64,000 nt of DNA. It comes from Cenococcum geophilum (taxonomy: Eukaryota). The DNA lies in NCBI GenBank assembly GCA_050273025.1, contig CP158635.1, positions 19,282,001 through 19,346,000 on the forward strand, read 5' to 3'. Shown here piece by piece: positions 1 through 11,322 of this stretch. Position 1 is the first letter of the stretch. Each line of letters begins with the position of its first letter. The notes beneath the pieces were generated by a model, which searched no databases, was not told where the DNA came from, and was given only the letters and a program-made list of their open reading frames with translations. The translations under genes and the position numbers were made by a program.

Positions 1-1840
1 TTAAAGGGCTTAAAAAGGCAATTACTTAGTGCTAGGAGACGGGCTTTAAGATCCTAGGTTTAGTTAAGTCTTACCTTTAAACTGCAGCTAAGCATTTATT
101 AGGTTCGTATATACCCTATCTAGTCTATACAGCTGCCGTTTTCTAACCCGTTCCTTAGGCCATACTACTATTACCCGTAGTAAAAGTAGATAAGACGTTT
201 AGCTTACTAATTTTATCCTTATTAAACTAGAGAATAAAGGGCCTAAACTAGACGAGTTAGCGCTATATATAATTATGTTAATAATATAAAGGAAGCAGAA
301 TTAGCACAGTAAGGTTAAGTATATAGGCTATATACAGAACACTAACCCTATTCTCTACCCCCTCTCTATAGTAGCCTTCTACTTCTTTAACCGCTAGGGT
401 AAAGACGGCGCTAAGAGCTTCTTATCCTTTCGGCAGCTAGAGGAATACTATAACCTATACGTCTTCCCTAGCAGTATTGAAGTACCATAACGGCCGCTAA
501 GCTATTATACGCAGTTTAAATAAAATAAAAAGATATTTTAGGGGGTAGGAATTTACTTAAAGGAAAAGACCTATAGCGCTTATAAGCAGAGCATTTAATA
601 TACCAAGCTTAGCGGCGTTAAGGAGACCTAAATTAGACGGGCCAGATACTAGAATACAGACGCGATAACGGGAGCCTACCTTAGCTACCTACCCTATATA
701 TTTATGCGGTTGATTACTAGCTTCCCAAAGGAAGGAAAGGGCTACTTTCTTCCCCACATACGGGAGGTGCTAGAGAAGGCCCTTTGTTTAAAGATATAGC
801 CTAAGACTAACGTCTAGCTAAAACGTATAGAGGCCTACTACCTAGGTAGGGCCGATAATAAGGTCGTATAGCTTAACCTTACGGGCTTAGGGTTTCTATA
901 CCTCCTCCGCGCGCTTAGGGTAATCCTATTATAGAATTTAGTAATTCTACACAAGCAGTTCCCGCTCTACCCCCTATAGAAGGACCCCCTCTTTAGCTAT
1001 AAGGAGTACCGGAGGTTTACCATATAGGTAGAAAGCTCGCTAGCTAACGTAGTTACGTTAAATAAGCTAATAATGCGGGAATACTAGCCCGCCTATAAGG
1101 CCGTAGCTAAGCTAAGATATAAGGCCGCGATCTCTAAAGTAAAGGGGGTTTAATTACGCGTGTAGATAATCTTAGAACGCCTTAGCAAAATAAAAAGGTT
1201 ATTAGCATTATTCGCACCTATATAAATCTAGTAAGGAAAGACGGGTATCTAGATAGGGCCTATAGAGTCTATATATCCACCTTTAGGCGAGCCTATACCG
1301 TCTACTATAACGTCTACTATATCCGCGCTACCTGCTTAGCCGTCTATAATATCCATACTGCCTGCTTAGCCGCCGTCTACAATATCCGCACCGTCCGCTT
1401 AGCCGTCTATAATATCTATATCGTTTACTTAGCCGTTTATAATATCTACACCGTCCGCTTAGCCGTCTACTATATCTATATCGCCCCTACTAGCGTAGGC
1501 ATAAGCTAATACTTAACTATCTCTCCTATTTATTTTTAATCTATAGGCGCCACTAAGGAAATATAAAATGCTTTAAGGCAGTAATTCGGTCTTCTAGCTC
1601 TAAATTAAGTAGACTTTAGGGCTAGCGGGTGGGCTGTTAATTAAACCTCTTAATTATTACTAGGGGGCACGCTAACGGGTTAACGGCGAGGCTATATTCT
1701 ATAGCCGTTGCTGTAGAATTATTAAGGATATAAGACGGCGTGTAGAAGACGGTATAGCAAAAGATAAGAGATAGGCTATTAACCAGCTAAAACAGCTACG
1801 AGGTTAGCATTCTTTAGATTGGCTTTGTAAGAATATTTAG
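1..1840 (+). pseudogene. Crypton tyrosine recombinase (NDC10-II-like) with C-terminal GCR1_C domain, RIP pseudogene
   Basis: Manual translation: RKQN*HSKVKYIGYIQNTNPILYPLSIVAFYFFNR*G (de-RIP GKQNQHGKVEYMGC.R..DP.LCPLS.VAFYFFNRWG); EKTYSAYKQ...GVKET*IRRARY*NTDAITGAYLSY (KTHSAR...QIRRAGxWN..AM..AYLS); C-terminal YKML*GSNSVF*L*IK*TLGLAGG...FYSRCCRII...SLDWLCKNI* (GCR1_C pattern); stop at 1838-1840. Confidence 0.85.
1298..1486 (+). repeat. About 6 copies of a 30-bp coding minisatellite in the Crypton interdomain linker
   Basis: Unit approximately CCGTCTACAATATCCGCACCGTCCGCTTAG; de-RIP peptide approximately PSTMSAPSAQ. Confidence 0.75.
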
Positions 1841-1882
1841 GGTAGGGGAGGCTCCCTTTTAAGTAGTAAATAATACCTATTT

Positions 1883-2157
1883 TACTATAGTAACTAAGAC
1901 GCCTTAATATAGGACTATATTAATAACCAAGACGTCTTAATATAGAACTACACTATAGTAACTAAGACGCCTTAATATATAACTGCACTGCAGTAACTAA
2001 GACGCCTTAACGTAGAACTGCACTATAGTAACCAAAACGCCTCAATATACGACTGCACTGCATTAACTAAGACGCCTTAATATAGGACTATACTATAGTA
2101 ACCAAGACGTCTTAATATAGGACTGCACTATAGTAATTAAGACGCTTTAATATAGGA
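1883..2157. repeat. Tandem array, 8 copies of a ~35-bp unit, downstream of the Crypton ORF
   Basis: Core resembling TAAC(C/T)AAGACG recurs at 1891, 1924, 1959, 1994, 2029, 2064, 2099 and 2134; consensus approximately CACTGCAGTAACCAAGACGCCTTAATATAGGACTG. Confidence 0.9.
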
Positions 2158-3371
2158 ATAGAGCCCGTTTAGGTGTTGTAAATTTAGAGTAACATTACAC
2201 GACCGTCTAGAAGTACCGATCTAACACAAATTATATACCTTTTTGCCCAAAATCGCGTGCGAAAGTACTCGGGGGCGGTCGCTGCGCGATCTCGTGCGAG
2301 GTGCTCTCCTATGGAGGCCCCTACGGTGGGGTTCCGTGATATAGTTACTTAGTAGCTTATTAATATTATTGGCCTATTAGTTAAGGCTTTAGTCTATACC
2401 TATAAGGCTTATAAGGAAGGTAGTAGGGTTACTTAGTAGGTTAATTCTTAACGTCTAGTGGCCTGATTAAGTAGTAGTGGTAATAAGGTTTTTAGGCAAA
2501 GACTTAAGCCTATAGGGTAAGCTATCGCGGCCTTCCTTCTAATTAATTCTTTGTTGTCTTTTTCTTAATAAAGGCTTCGGCTAAGGAGTAGTAGTGTCTT
2601 TATCTTCCCTCCCTTGCTTATTAGATAAGTTAATAAGTTCTTTTATAAATATAGTAGTAGTCTTTAAACTAATATCACCTTTATAGATCTTAATGTCTTT
2701 AAGGCGCTCAATTTTCTGTTTATCTGGTAGCTAAATACAATAGATTATTTTACTATTATAGCTAATTAAAACGCCCTTCTTTACTTATAGAGCAAACCTA
2801 GCTAATTTTACGCGATCTTCTTTGGCTATAAGGGAGTAGATAGTAGATCCTAGAGCCCGCAGGTAGTATACTAAGGGAGGTTTACCCTTAAGTTTTTTAT
2901 AAGGTAATATACTACTAAAAGCTCTTATAGGGCGTCTATTTTTAATATATATAGCTATAAAAAGTACGTTAAGCTATAGAAAGTCTAGTATATTGCTAGC
3001 GAGAATTATTAAGCAAGTAATTTTAGTAGAGGTTCGCTATAAGCGCTTCGCTACTTTATTCTCTTCCTAAGCGTATAAGGCGGCAGGTTTAAATTCTATA
3101 CCTAAATCGTCTATTTAGGTTGTTGCTTTCTTACTACAAAGCTCTACTCTATAGTTAGTACGAATTTTAGCAATTTTAAGGTTAAATTTAGTGTGGATCT
3201 AGTTATAGTACCTCTATAAAGTACTAAGCTACTTATCCTTTATATAGACAGTATAAACTATAGTAAACCTTATATAGTTATTAGTAAAAGACATATAGTA
3301 TCTTTTGCCTTTAAAGCTAATAGAGGTAATATATCCCACTAGATCTATATAGATAAATTAAAACGGCTATA

Positions 3372-3796
3372 TGTAACGGAACCTTGTAGCAAGAACTACG
3401 ATAGGCTTGTTATTGGGCTAGGTGTGTAGGAAATGCAAGTACAAAAGTCAACAACGTAATAACAACTGGTGGAGTGGTTGCCCAATAGATTAACTCTAAT
3501 TGTATTCTAAGAATTACTACAAGAAAGGAACTATCTAGGTAGGGACTAAGGGTCCTTAAATACATAACCGTACTCCTATAAAATCCTTCTTATATATAAT
3601 ATACGTTTTATACATAAGGTATATAAGTTCCTCTTATTCCTCTCGTTTAATACGTAGCATATTATATAACCTTAGTTACTATTCCTCATTATATAATTCT
3701 ATTAGCTTTATCCTAAACCGTGCCTAAATTAACTAACTAGCTTCTTCCGTCTCTTCTCTAAGTAGTTATAACATTATACTTAAAGCGTCCGTAATA
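3372..3796 (-). repeat. 3' LTR of gypsy A1
   Basis: TGTAACGG...CCGTAATA; direct repeat of 10898-11322. Confidence 0.95.
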
Positions 3797-3904
3797 CTAT
3801 CTCCCTCCTTTTTATCTTTATCCTTAAAGATTTAAAATATCTCTAAGTTATTTACTAGAGGTATAATGTCCATCTAATTAATTTGGTTAATATTATTACT
3901 TATT

Positions 3905-4589
3905 ATACCTAAAGCAATTTCTTTTTTACACACCTAACGTTGTGCTCGCACTATTGCTGCAATATTATCTCTTAGTGAGATTATGCCGTCTCTATATTCT
4001 CGTTGTTTGAAAGAGGGGTTGGTTTATGTTGCATTGGCAAACCCATTTTCGTAATAACCGTTCTCTTGCTCGGAGTATACTAAAGCGAATATTCGTTTGT
4101 CCTATAACGTTCGCTCTACTTCTAATGCTAAATATACGCGACCTATTACTCTTAATAGTCGTCTAGTTCCCTAATTGATTTGTCTTAGGGTCTTGTGTTT
4201 AATCTACTACTGCGCGGCTAGATGGTAAACTATCGCAAGCCCTTACTAAGTTGGAACGTTCCCGTAACGCGGAATAAAAGGCCCTAGATGCTTAAATTGC
4301 GGCATCTACTCGTCTGCTTTATCTTAAGAAGGTTTATAAAAAGGTTTATTTTAAGGAGTGGAAACTTATAGAATAAGGTTTGCAGGAACTAGGTAATAAA
4401 AGAACGGATTCTCTTCTAATAGAGAAGGAAATAGATCTAAGTAGTTCGGCAACTGCTCTTCTTAGGTCCCCCTTAGGTAACTCGTTCTTTGGCGATCCTT
4501 TTTTATTAATACTACCTAACCTAATCTCTTCCGATACTCCTATACCTTTCCTATAGCGTTTTTTAAATTCTTTAGTAGCTCCCAGGTAG
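3905..4589 (+). pseudogene. Antisense two-exon accessory gene of gypsy A1 (six-Cys Zn-cluster-like motif plus coiled coil), RIP-degraded; 3' end uncertain
   Basis: Frame from ATA (ex-ATG) at 3905: MPKA...IMPS(PC)SRC.KEGLV(C)VALA.P.S..P.SCSE(C)TKANIR.S(C). Intron 4134-4188 ((G)TACGC...CTAAT...TTAG) restores a Trp codon, followed by an A/E/L/R-rich helical segment. Confidence 0.7.
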
Positions 4590-7500
4590 TCTTAATATAG
4601 CCTATCCACTTAACCTTATACCATGTTTCGTCGTCAATATTCTTATAATTAACGATCTTCGAAACTTGCTATTTATCTTCTTCTTATCCTCTATACGTGT
4701 CTGCCTTATAGCCTAGTGGCTTAATATTCCTATATACTAGCTCTAGTATTATAATATGCTGTATAGGGTAGATCTTTATTTTGGCTAGTAGGTTTAACTT
4801 AAACGTAACTAGTGAAATCCTCTATATAATTTTAAAAGGTCCTAGTCTAACGTAGTCCAATTTCTTACTTAGTCGTTGACTCTTAAAATTTTTATATAGT
4901 AGCCATACTTTATCTCCCTCCTTAAGATCTAGTCCCTTAGATCTCTTAGCATTATAGTACCTTTTCATTCTCTGCTATACTACCTTAGCTATCTCTATAA
5001 GGTCTACATGAAGATTTATTAAATCCTTTATTCTTTCTTTAGCTGTACTACTTGTTTTCTTTACTTGCCGTGGTAATAACGATGTTCTTAGCTTATATCC
5101 ATAATTTGCCTTAAATAGTAATGTGCCTATTCCTTCTTAGGGTGTTATATTGTATGCAAACTGTGTAACTAGTAATAGCGATACCTAATTGTTCTGTATA
5201 TAATTGATATAATGCCTTAGATACTGTTCTAGTATCTAGTTTAATCTTTCTATTTGCCCGTCTGTCTATAAATAATATACGGTAGAAGTTGCTACTTAAA
5301 CTCCTTGCTCCGCTAAGAATACTTCCTAGAATGCTGCTACGAATTTTAAATCTCTATCTGATATAATCTTGCTTAGTGCTCTATATCTTATAAACACTTC
5401 TTTAACGTAGATTCTAGCGACATCTTCCGCTGAGATTTCTTCTGTATATGCTATAAAGTATCCCCACTTTATAAGCTTATCCACTATTACTAAGATCGCG
5501 TTATAATCTTGTCCGGTAACAGGATCTTTTAATTTTGGCAACTTAACAATAAAGTCCCACGATATGACCTCCTATGGTCTCTCTGGTATTTTAATAGGTT
5601 GTAGCCCTCTATATAGCTTATATCTTGTCGGTTTATTCCTTTAGCAATTTAGACACTTTTTAGTGACCCTTCTAGCTATTTTCTAGATTCCGTTAATAAT
5701 ATATTCCTCCTAAAGTCTTAATACTAGGCCCGTAGCTCCACTATGTCCTTAAGTTAGTCCCTTATAGAAGTCTTCCACGAACTACTCTGCTATACTTCTT
5801 AGGATGTATTTCGCTTCTTAATTTTCGTATATATCTGTCTATAGATCTTTTAGCTATACTTCTAGAATTCTATATACCTAAAAGCTTTCCAGTGTCTTGT
5901 AGACTTTCTTTAGTTTATTATTTTCTTAAGTTGCTACAATTTTCGGATAATTGTACCTAATTAATCTATTTATATCTTTTTGCAATAAAGCCCCTAATGG
6001 CTTTTCTTCATTTTATAGTTTAGCTTTACGGCTTAGAGCATCTGCCCGTGTATTGTCTGTACCTTTAGTATACTAAATCTCAAAATGGTATTCCGTAAGC
6101 ATCTCTGCCTATCTAACCTATCTTTAGTTGAGTTCCTTTGTCGTTAGGAATCCTGTTAGGTTTTTATAATCCGTTTTAACTATAAATGGTTTCTTTATGC
6201 CTTGCAAGAATACTCTCTATTCCTTTAGTGCTATAACTATACCTAATAACCCCTTATTGTAGATGTTATAGTTTAGTTCTGGTGGTGTTATCTTCCGACT
6301 ATAGTATGCTACTAGATGCCATCTATCTTAATGCCTTTGCATAAAGCATGCTCCTAGTATATAGTCTAATATATTTGTTTCTATAACTGTCTCTAGTCCT
6401 AGTTAATAGATCTTAAGAACTAGCTCCTAGGTGAATAACTCTTTGACTTTTTTAAAGAGTTCTCTTTACTCCTCTCCCTATGCCTATAGTTCTTCTTTCT
6501 TTGTTAACCGCGTAAATAGCTTAATGTCCTTTAACTACTGCGCTATAAACCTTCTGCAGTAATTACAAAACCCTAGAAACGATCTTAACTGTATAACGTT
6601 CTCTAGTTCCTACCAATTCACTATAGCCTTAATCTTCTTTAGATCTATACTAAGTTGGCCTAGTTTAATAATAAATCTAATAAAATCGGTCTTCCTAATA
6701 AAGAACTCGTATTTCTTAATTGCTACTGGCATCTGTTTTTCTTGTAGTCTCTTTAAGACCTATTTAATATGTTTTCTGTGTTCTTCCTTAGTTATTAAGT
6801 AGATAATAATATTGTCGAGATATACTATAATAAATTTATCTAAGTATTCTCCTAATATATTGTTAATACGCTTTTGGAATGTTACTAATATATTTATAAG
6901 CCTAAATTGTATAACTAATAGTTTATATAGTTCTTCCTTTAACCTAAAGGCTGCCTTTTATTTGTCGCCTTCCTTGATTCTAATCTAATAGTACGCCTAT
7001 CTTAGATCTATCTTTATGAAGATTTACGCATTACCTATCCTGTTTTAGATTTCGCTAATTAAGGGTAAAGGATACCTATCCTTCCTAGTAATGCTGTTTA
7101 ACTGTCTATAGTTAATATACAGCCTTAGTTTACCATTTTTCTTTAGTATAAATAGTACTAGATAACCTACTGATGACTATAATAGTCTAATGTATCCCTT
7201 TTGTAGATTTTCCTAGATAAACTCTTTTAACGCTCTATCTTCTTCCTTGGTAAGCTTATAGATTAGAAAGAACTTTAGACTTATTTCTAGTTCCAACTCT
7301 ATCTTATAGTCCTATACTATATATTCTGATAGCTTTTCACTTTCTAGTAACCATAGTTTTTTGCCATACTTGTGGTATCTCTTTAGTATATAATTTAGTC
7401 CTTTTTCTGTTTCCTTATAGGTTGCTCCTACTTAATACCATACCAACTTGGCTTGTTGTTGCATCTTATGGCATTAAGTATCCCTAATATTAACCTAACC

Positions 7501-10500
7501 TGTAATCTAATTGATCCTTAGATTGTATTTCTGTAACTAAGGTATACCTAATACTGCCTCGTCCTGTCCTAATGGTAGGATATTAAAAGATATCTTAATT
7601 TGTTTTCCTTTAATAGTTATCTAAATAGGTCCTATTTTAAGATTAATGATCCCTCCTCTATAGGTTATTAGATCTCCTAAAATTATAACTAATAGGTAAG
7701 GTTGCTCCTTTTATCTATAAGGTAGTCCTATTCTTTTAACTACTACTAGTAAGATGTGGTTTCGCGTTACTCCACTATCTATTAGCGCTTTAAACTGCTG
7801 ATCTTGCCAATTAATTCGTAAATTTAGGTATTATCTTTGAATTCCTTTAAGGGTCTAAGGCTCTACTACTGGCTCCCTCTGGTCCTGTAGGCCTCTACTT
7901 TTCCTAACTATTAGCTGCTTAATCCTAGTGTACTTGGCTTACTCTTTAGCTAATACTTAGTTTGCTTTTTATCTTTAATATGCTATAGATACGTGTTTTC
8001 TGGGCATTCCTACCACTATCGTCCGTCTAAGCATTCTTCTGTAAGGAATTTTCCTGGTTAAAGTACTAAACTTCCTTCCTCTTGGACTTCTGCTGGATGC
8101 CATCTATATATATATTTAGCATTCCTGTACTATTACTTGTCCGTTATCCAGTATATTCTTATAGGGTATTTCCAATTCTTTTCCTTCGGATTCTTATGCA
8201 TTTCGCATATATTGTCTATATACGCAATCTATGATAACGTGTGGTATACTAGGTGCTTTAGGTTAACTCTTGGCTCGTCTTTATCCCTAAGTTTAAACCT
8301 TTATTATGCTAATCTAAACGTTATAACTTTATTCGCAGGTACTAAGATGCGTCTCTTACTTCTCTAGTCCTCTAAACGTTTCTTTAGATCCTTTGATGTT
8401 ATAATTAAGGCTCCTTTAATATACGTTATGGCCTTCTCTATAATTAGGTGGTTTTAGATAACTTTTTTATCCAACTATATATAGAAATCTTCCTACTTAT
8501 TATTGTGCCTTTGCCTATACCACTTTTGGTACAGCTACTAGAGTGTATATGGTCTGTTCGTAAGGAAGTATCTTCTTATTACTATATTATAACAGCCCTT
8601 TATATATCATTCTTCGAACCTAGTTAAAATCCCTAGATCCTCTTCATTTTCTAGTTTAGTAAGCCACTTAGCTCTTAGTGTGCCTGCTCTCGGCCTATTA
8701 GTAATTCTTTATACTAGTACTCTGTCCTTTATACGTCCTAATATGCTAGATCTTTTATCTAGTTTCTATTCTTGCTATGCAATAATTCTTTGCCTAAACT
8801 CTTTTATAGTTTCTTTTAGTTTGCGCCTTACGCTCTAATCCTTAAAGTTGTCTTACTTCTTAATCCTAGTATTAAACTTTTAATCTTTAGGCTAAACACT
8901 GCGTTCCCCTGGTAAGTCTTCTAGGTCTATATATCTGTCTCCTAGTCTTACTGCTATTTGTATTATAGATTCTCTGATCTATAAAGAAGCTCCTTGCCTC
9001 TTACCTATAGGTGTCCTTATTCGTATTCTGAAATCTTAGTCCCTTAGATTCTTTAATTCTAAGCTTACTTCTAACTTAAGCTTAGCTCCCGCCTTAGTCC
9101 AACTAGGCGTCCGTAGTATTCTTATCTCGTCTTAAGAGTCTTAAATCTCACTTATCTCGTCTTAAGAGTCTTATGCCTGTGGGAAACTCTATCCCAAGCT
9201 TATTTATATATTTCTAAACTAAGCTGCTGCCCTGCTCTATTAGTTTTCGTTCATTATAGGTCCTTAGGTGTGCCTTATCTTATCTTAAGAATCTTAGTTA
9301 TTTCTTATCTCGTCTTAAGAATCTTAAGCCTTTGGCCTTTTGCCTTTATTAAGTGCTAAAGTGGTTTACTATCCTACTTCTCTTACGTCTCGCGAAGCGA
9401 TAGACATTATATCTAGTGGGGTTTTAATCCCTACTAATGTTCCTTATTCTGTAGTGGAATTATCCTCTACCTTTAGTATGACATCTCTAAGGTCTGCTTG
9501 CTCCTAGTAAGCGGCCCTTATTGCCTCATTATTATAAAATATTTCGCCTAGGTCGAATTTATCGTCCTTAATATCCAATCTGTAAACTAGTTTATTAGTT
9601 CCTCTACATCCTATAGGTGCTAGCTCTTGTGGCTAATAGCTTATGCTGTACTTAGCGTCCTTATAAATTTGGTATATGTTATTATAATAAAACGCAAAAC
9701 TTCTAATTGAACATTCTTTTGTTCCTCGTAGTATATTATTATCCCTTTATACGTATATATCGTCTGCTAGTCTCATACCTTTTACTATATAGTAACTCTA
9801 CCCACTTCTACAGTCTCTAACGTAATAACCTTATTTTCCGCAATTTATATAAGCTCCTTCTTTAAACTATTTCTCTTACTATAGAGTCCGCCTGAATGTC
9901 TTCTGCTATTGAGATCCCTGATTCGGCCTTTGCTCCTTAGACCTTTAATCACTTAATCCTTGTCCTCTAGGTTTCCCTAGTTTGCTCCTTCCCTTATAGG
10001 CTTTTTTAGTACCGCTTAGGTCTATTAGCTCTGCGCCATACTATAGTTTCTAACTTGGCTTTTATCGTTGTGTACTCTACGCCTTATATAACTATAGAAC
10101 TCTATCCTAGCCTTTCTTAGCCTGTTCCCTTTAGTAGATCTAATTATTAATCTTAATTGCCTAATTTATTAGTTCCCTTAGGGTGTCCGCATCTTCTATT
10201 AGAATAATTACGTCCTAGACTTTAGCCTTAAGTCCCTATTTATACTATGCTATAAGCGCCCTATTATTCCACTCTACTTATATTGCTAGTGTTTAGAACT
10301 ATATTATATACTTAATTACTAAAGTCCGTTACACAAGGTTCTGGAGTTTTCTTTCCGCTATAGTTATTTCTTCCAGGTCTCTAAATATCTGCGTAAGTCG
10401 TTCTATAAACTTTTCCTAACTTAAGAACATAAATCGCACATCTTGGTTAGTAGTTGTTATTCCGTTTACCTATATCTCCGTAAGGTAAGGTTTAAACTAC

Positions 10501-10897
10501 TTAAGTGCTTTTCCTAATAAGAATAGTCCTGCGTAGGCTATCCGATCCATAGGTATAGGTAACTTTACTCCCTCCTATAAGACCTTAAAGTGCATCTACG
10601 TAAGGAATCCTTTAAGCTTTAACCTCTCTCCTATAAATCTCTTAATTAATAGTAGCTTAATCTTTGCTGCTTCTATCCCATTAAGTCTTTCTTCTAATAC
10701 TATATTGTTAGCTATTAGCTAGTTAACTATTTCCTATAGCTGTCTAACCATTATAGGTTGCTATAAGTCAGTATCTGCTATACTAGTATCACCTCCTATC
10801 CTTAAAGTAGTTGCTGCCGTTAATGGCGTTGTGGTAGCTGCTTTTGGTGGCATATTATTTGACTTCTTATATTGATACCGTAACTAGGTAGTAATTG

Positions 10898-11322
10898 TAT
10901 AACGGAACCTTATAGCAAGAACTATGATGGGCTCGTTATTAGGCTAGGTGTGTAGGAAATACAAGTATAAAAGTCAATAACGTAATAATAACTGGTGGAG
11001 TGGTTGCCTAATAGATTAACTCTAATTATATTCTAAGAATTACTATAAGGAAGGAACTATCTAGGTAGGGACTAAGGGTCCTTAAATACACAACCGTACT
11101 CCTATAAAATCCTTCTTATACGTGATATACGTCTTATACATAAGGTACGTAAGTTCCTCTCATTCCTCTCATTTAATACGTAGCACATCATGTAACCTTA
11201 GTTACTATTCCTCGTCATATAGTTTTATCGGCTCTATCCTAGACCGTGCCTAAATTAACCAACTAGCTTCTTCCGTCTCTTCTCCAAGTAGTCGTAACAT
11301 CGTACTTAAAGCGTCCGTAACA
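10898..11322 (-). repeat. 5' LTR of gypsy A1
   Basis: TATAACGG...CCGTAACA, followed by TSD CTATA. Confidence 0.95.

Larger units (their letters stand above)
1..2340 (+). mobile_element. CryptonF-like tyrosine-recombinase DNA transposon, RIP-degraded, 5' part outside the window; right boundary approximate
   Basis: Degenerate YR + GCR1_C ORF (1-1840), then a 35-bp tandem array and a GC-rich tail (~2250-2340), after which Copia-like sequence resumes. Confidence 0.8.
3372..11322 (-). mobile_element. Ty3/gypsy chromovirus-type LTR retrotransposon, family A copy 1, full length, RIP-degraded
   Basis: 425-bp LTRs 3372-3796 and 10898-11322; TSD CTATA/CTATA; polypurine tract next to 3797; gag knuckle (C)INCGK.G(H)Y.RDC ~9790-9850; protease ALIDSG ~7780; RT VYLD(D)I ~6815; integrase (ORF-track fragment 5326-5541); chromodomain WYKVKW.GY..TTWE ~4570-4680. 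Confidence 0.95.

Noticed and set aside
1..1840. Left-hand tyrosine recombinase as a Starship captain or host NDC10/GCR1 gene
   Set aside because: Motifs are Crypton-type rather than DUF3435, and heavy RIP within a TE nest argues against a functional host gene.
1883..2157. CRISPR-like regular repeats
   Set aside because: Units are contiguous with no unique spacers, the context is eukaryotic, and there are no cas genes.
5326..5541. 71-aa ORF as an independent gene
   Set aside because: It is a stop-free fragment of the gypsy A1 integrase.
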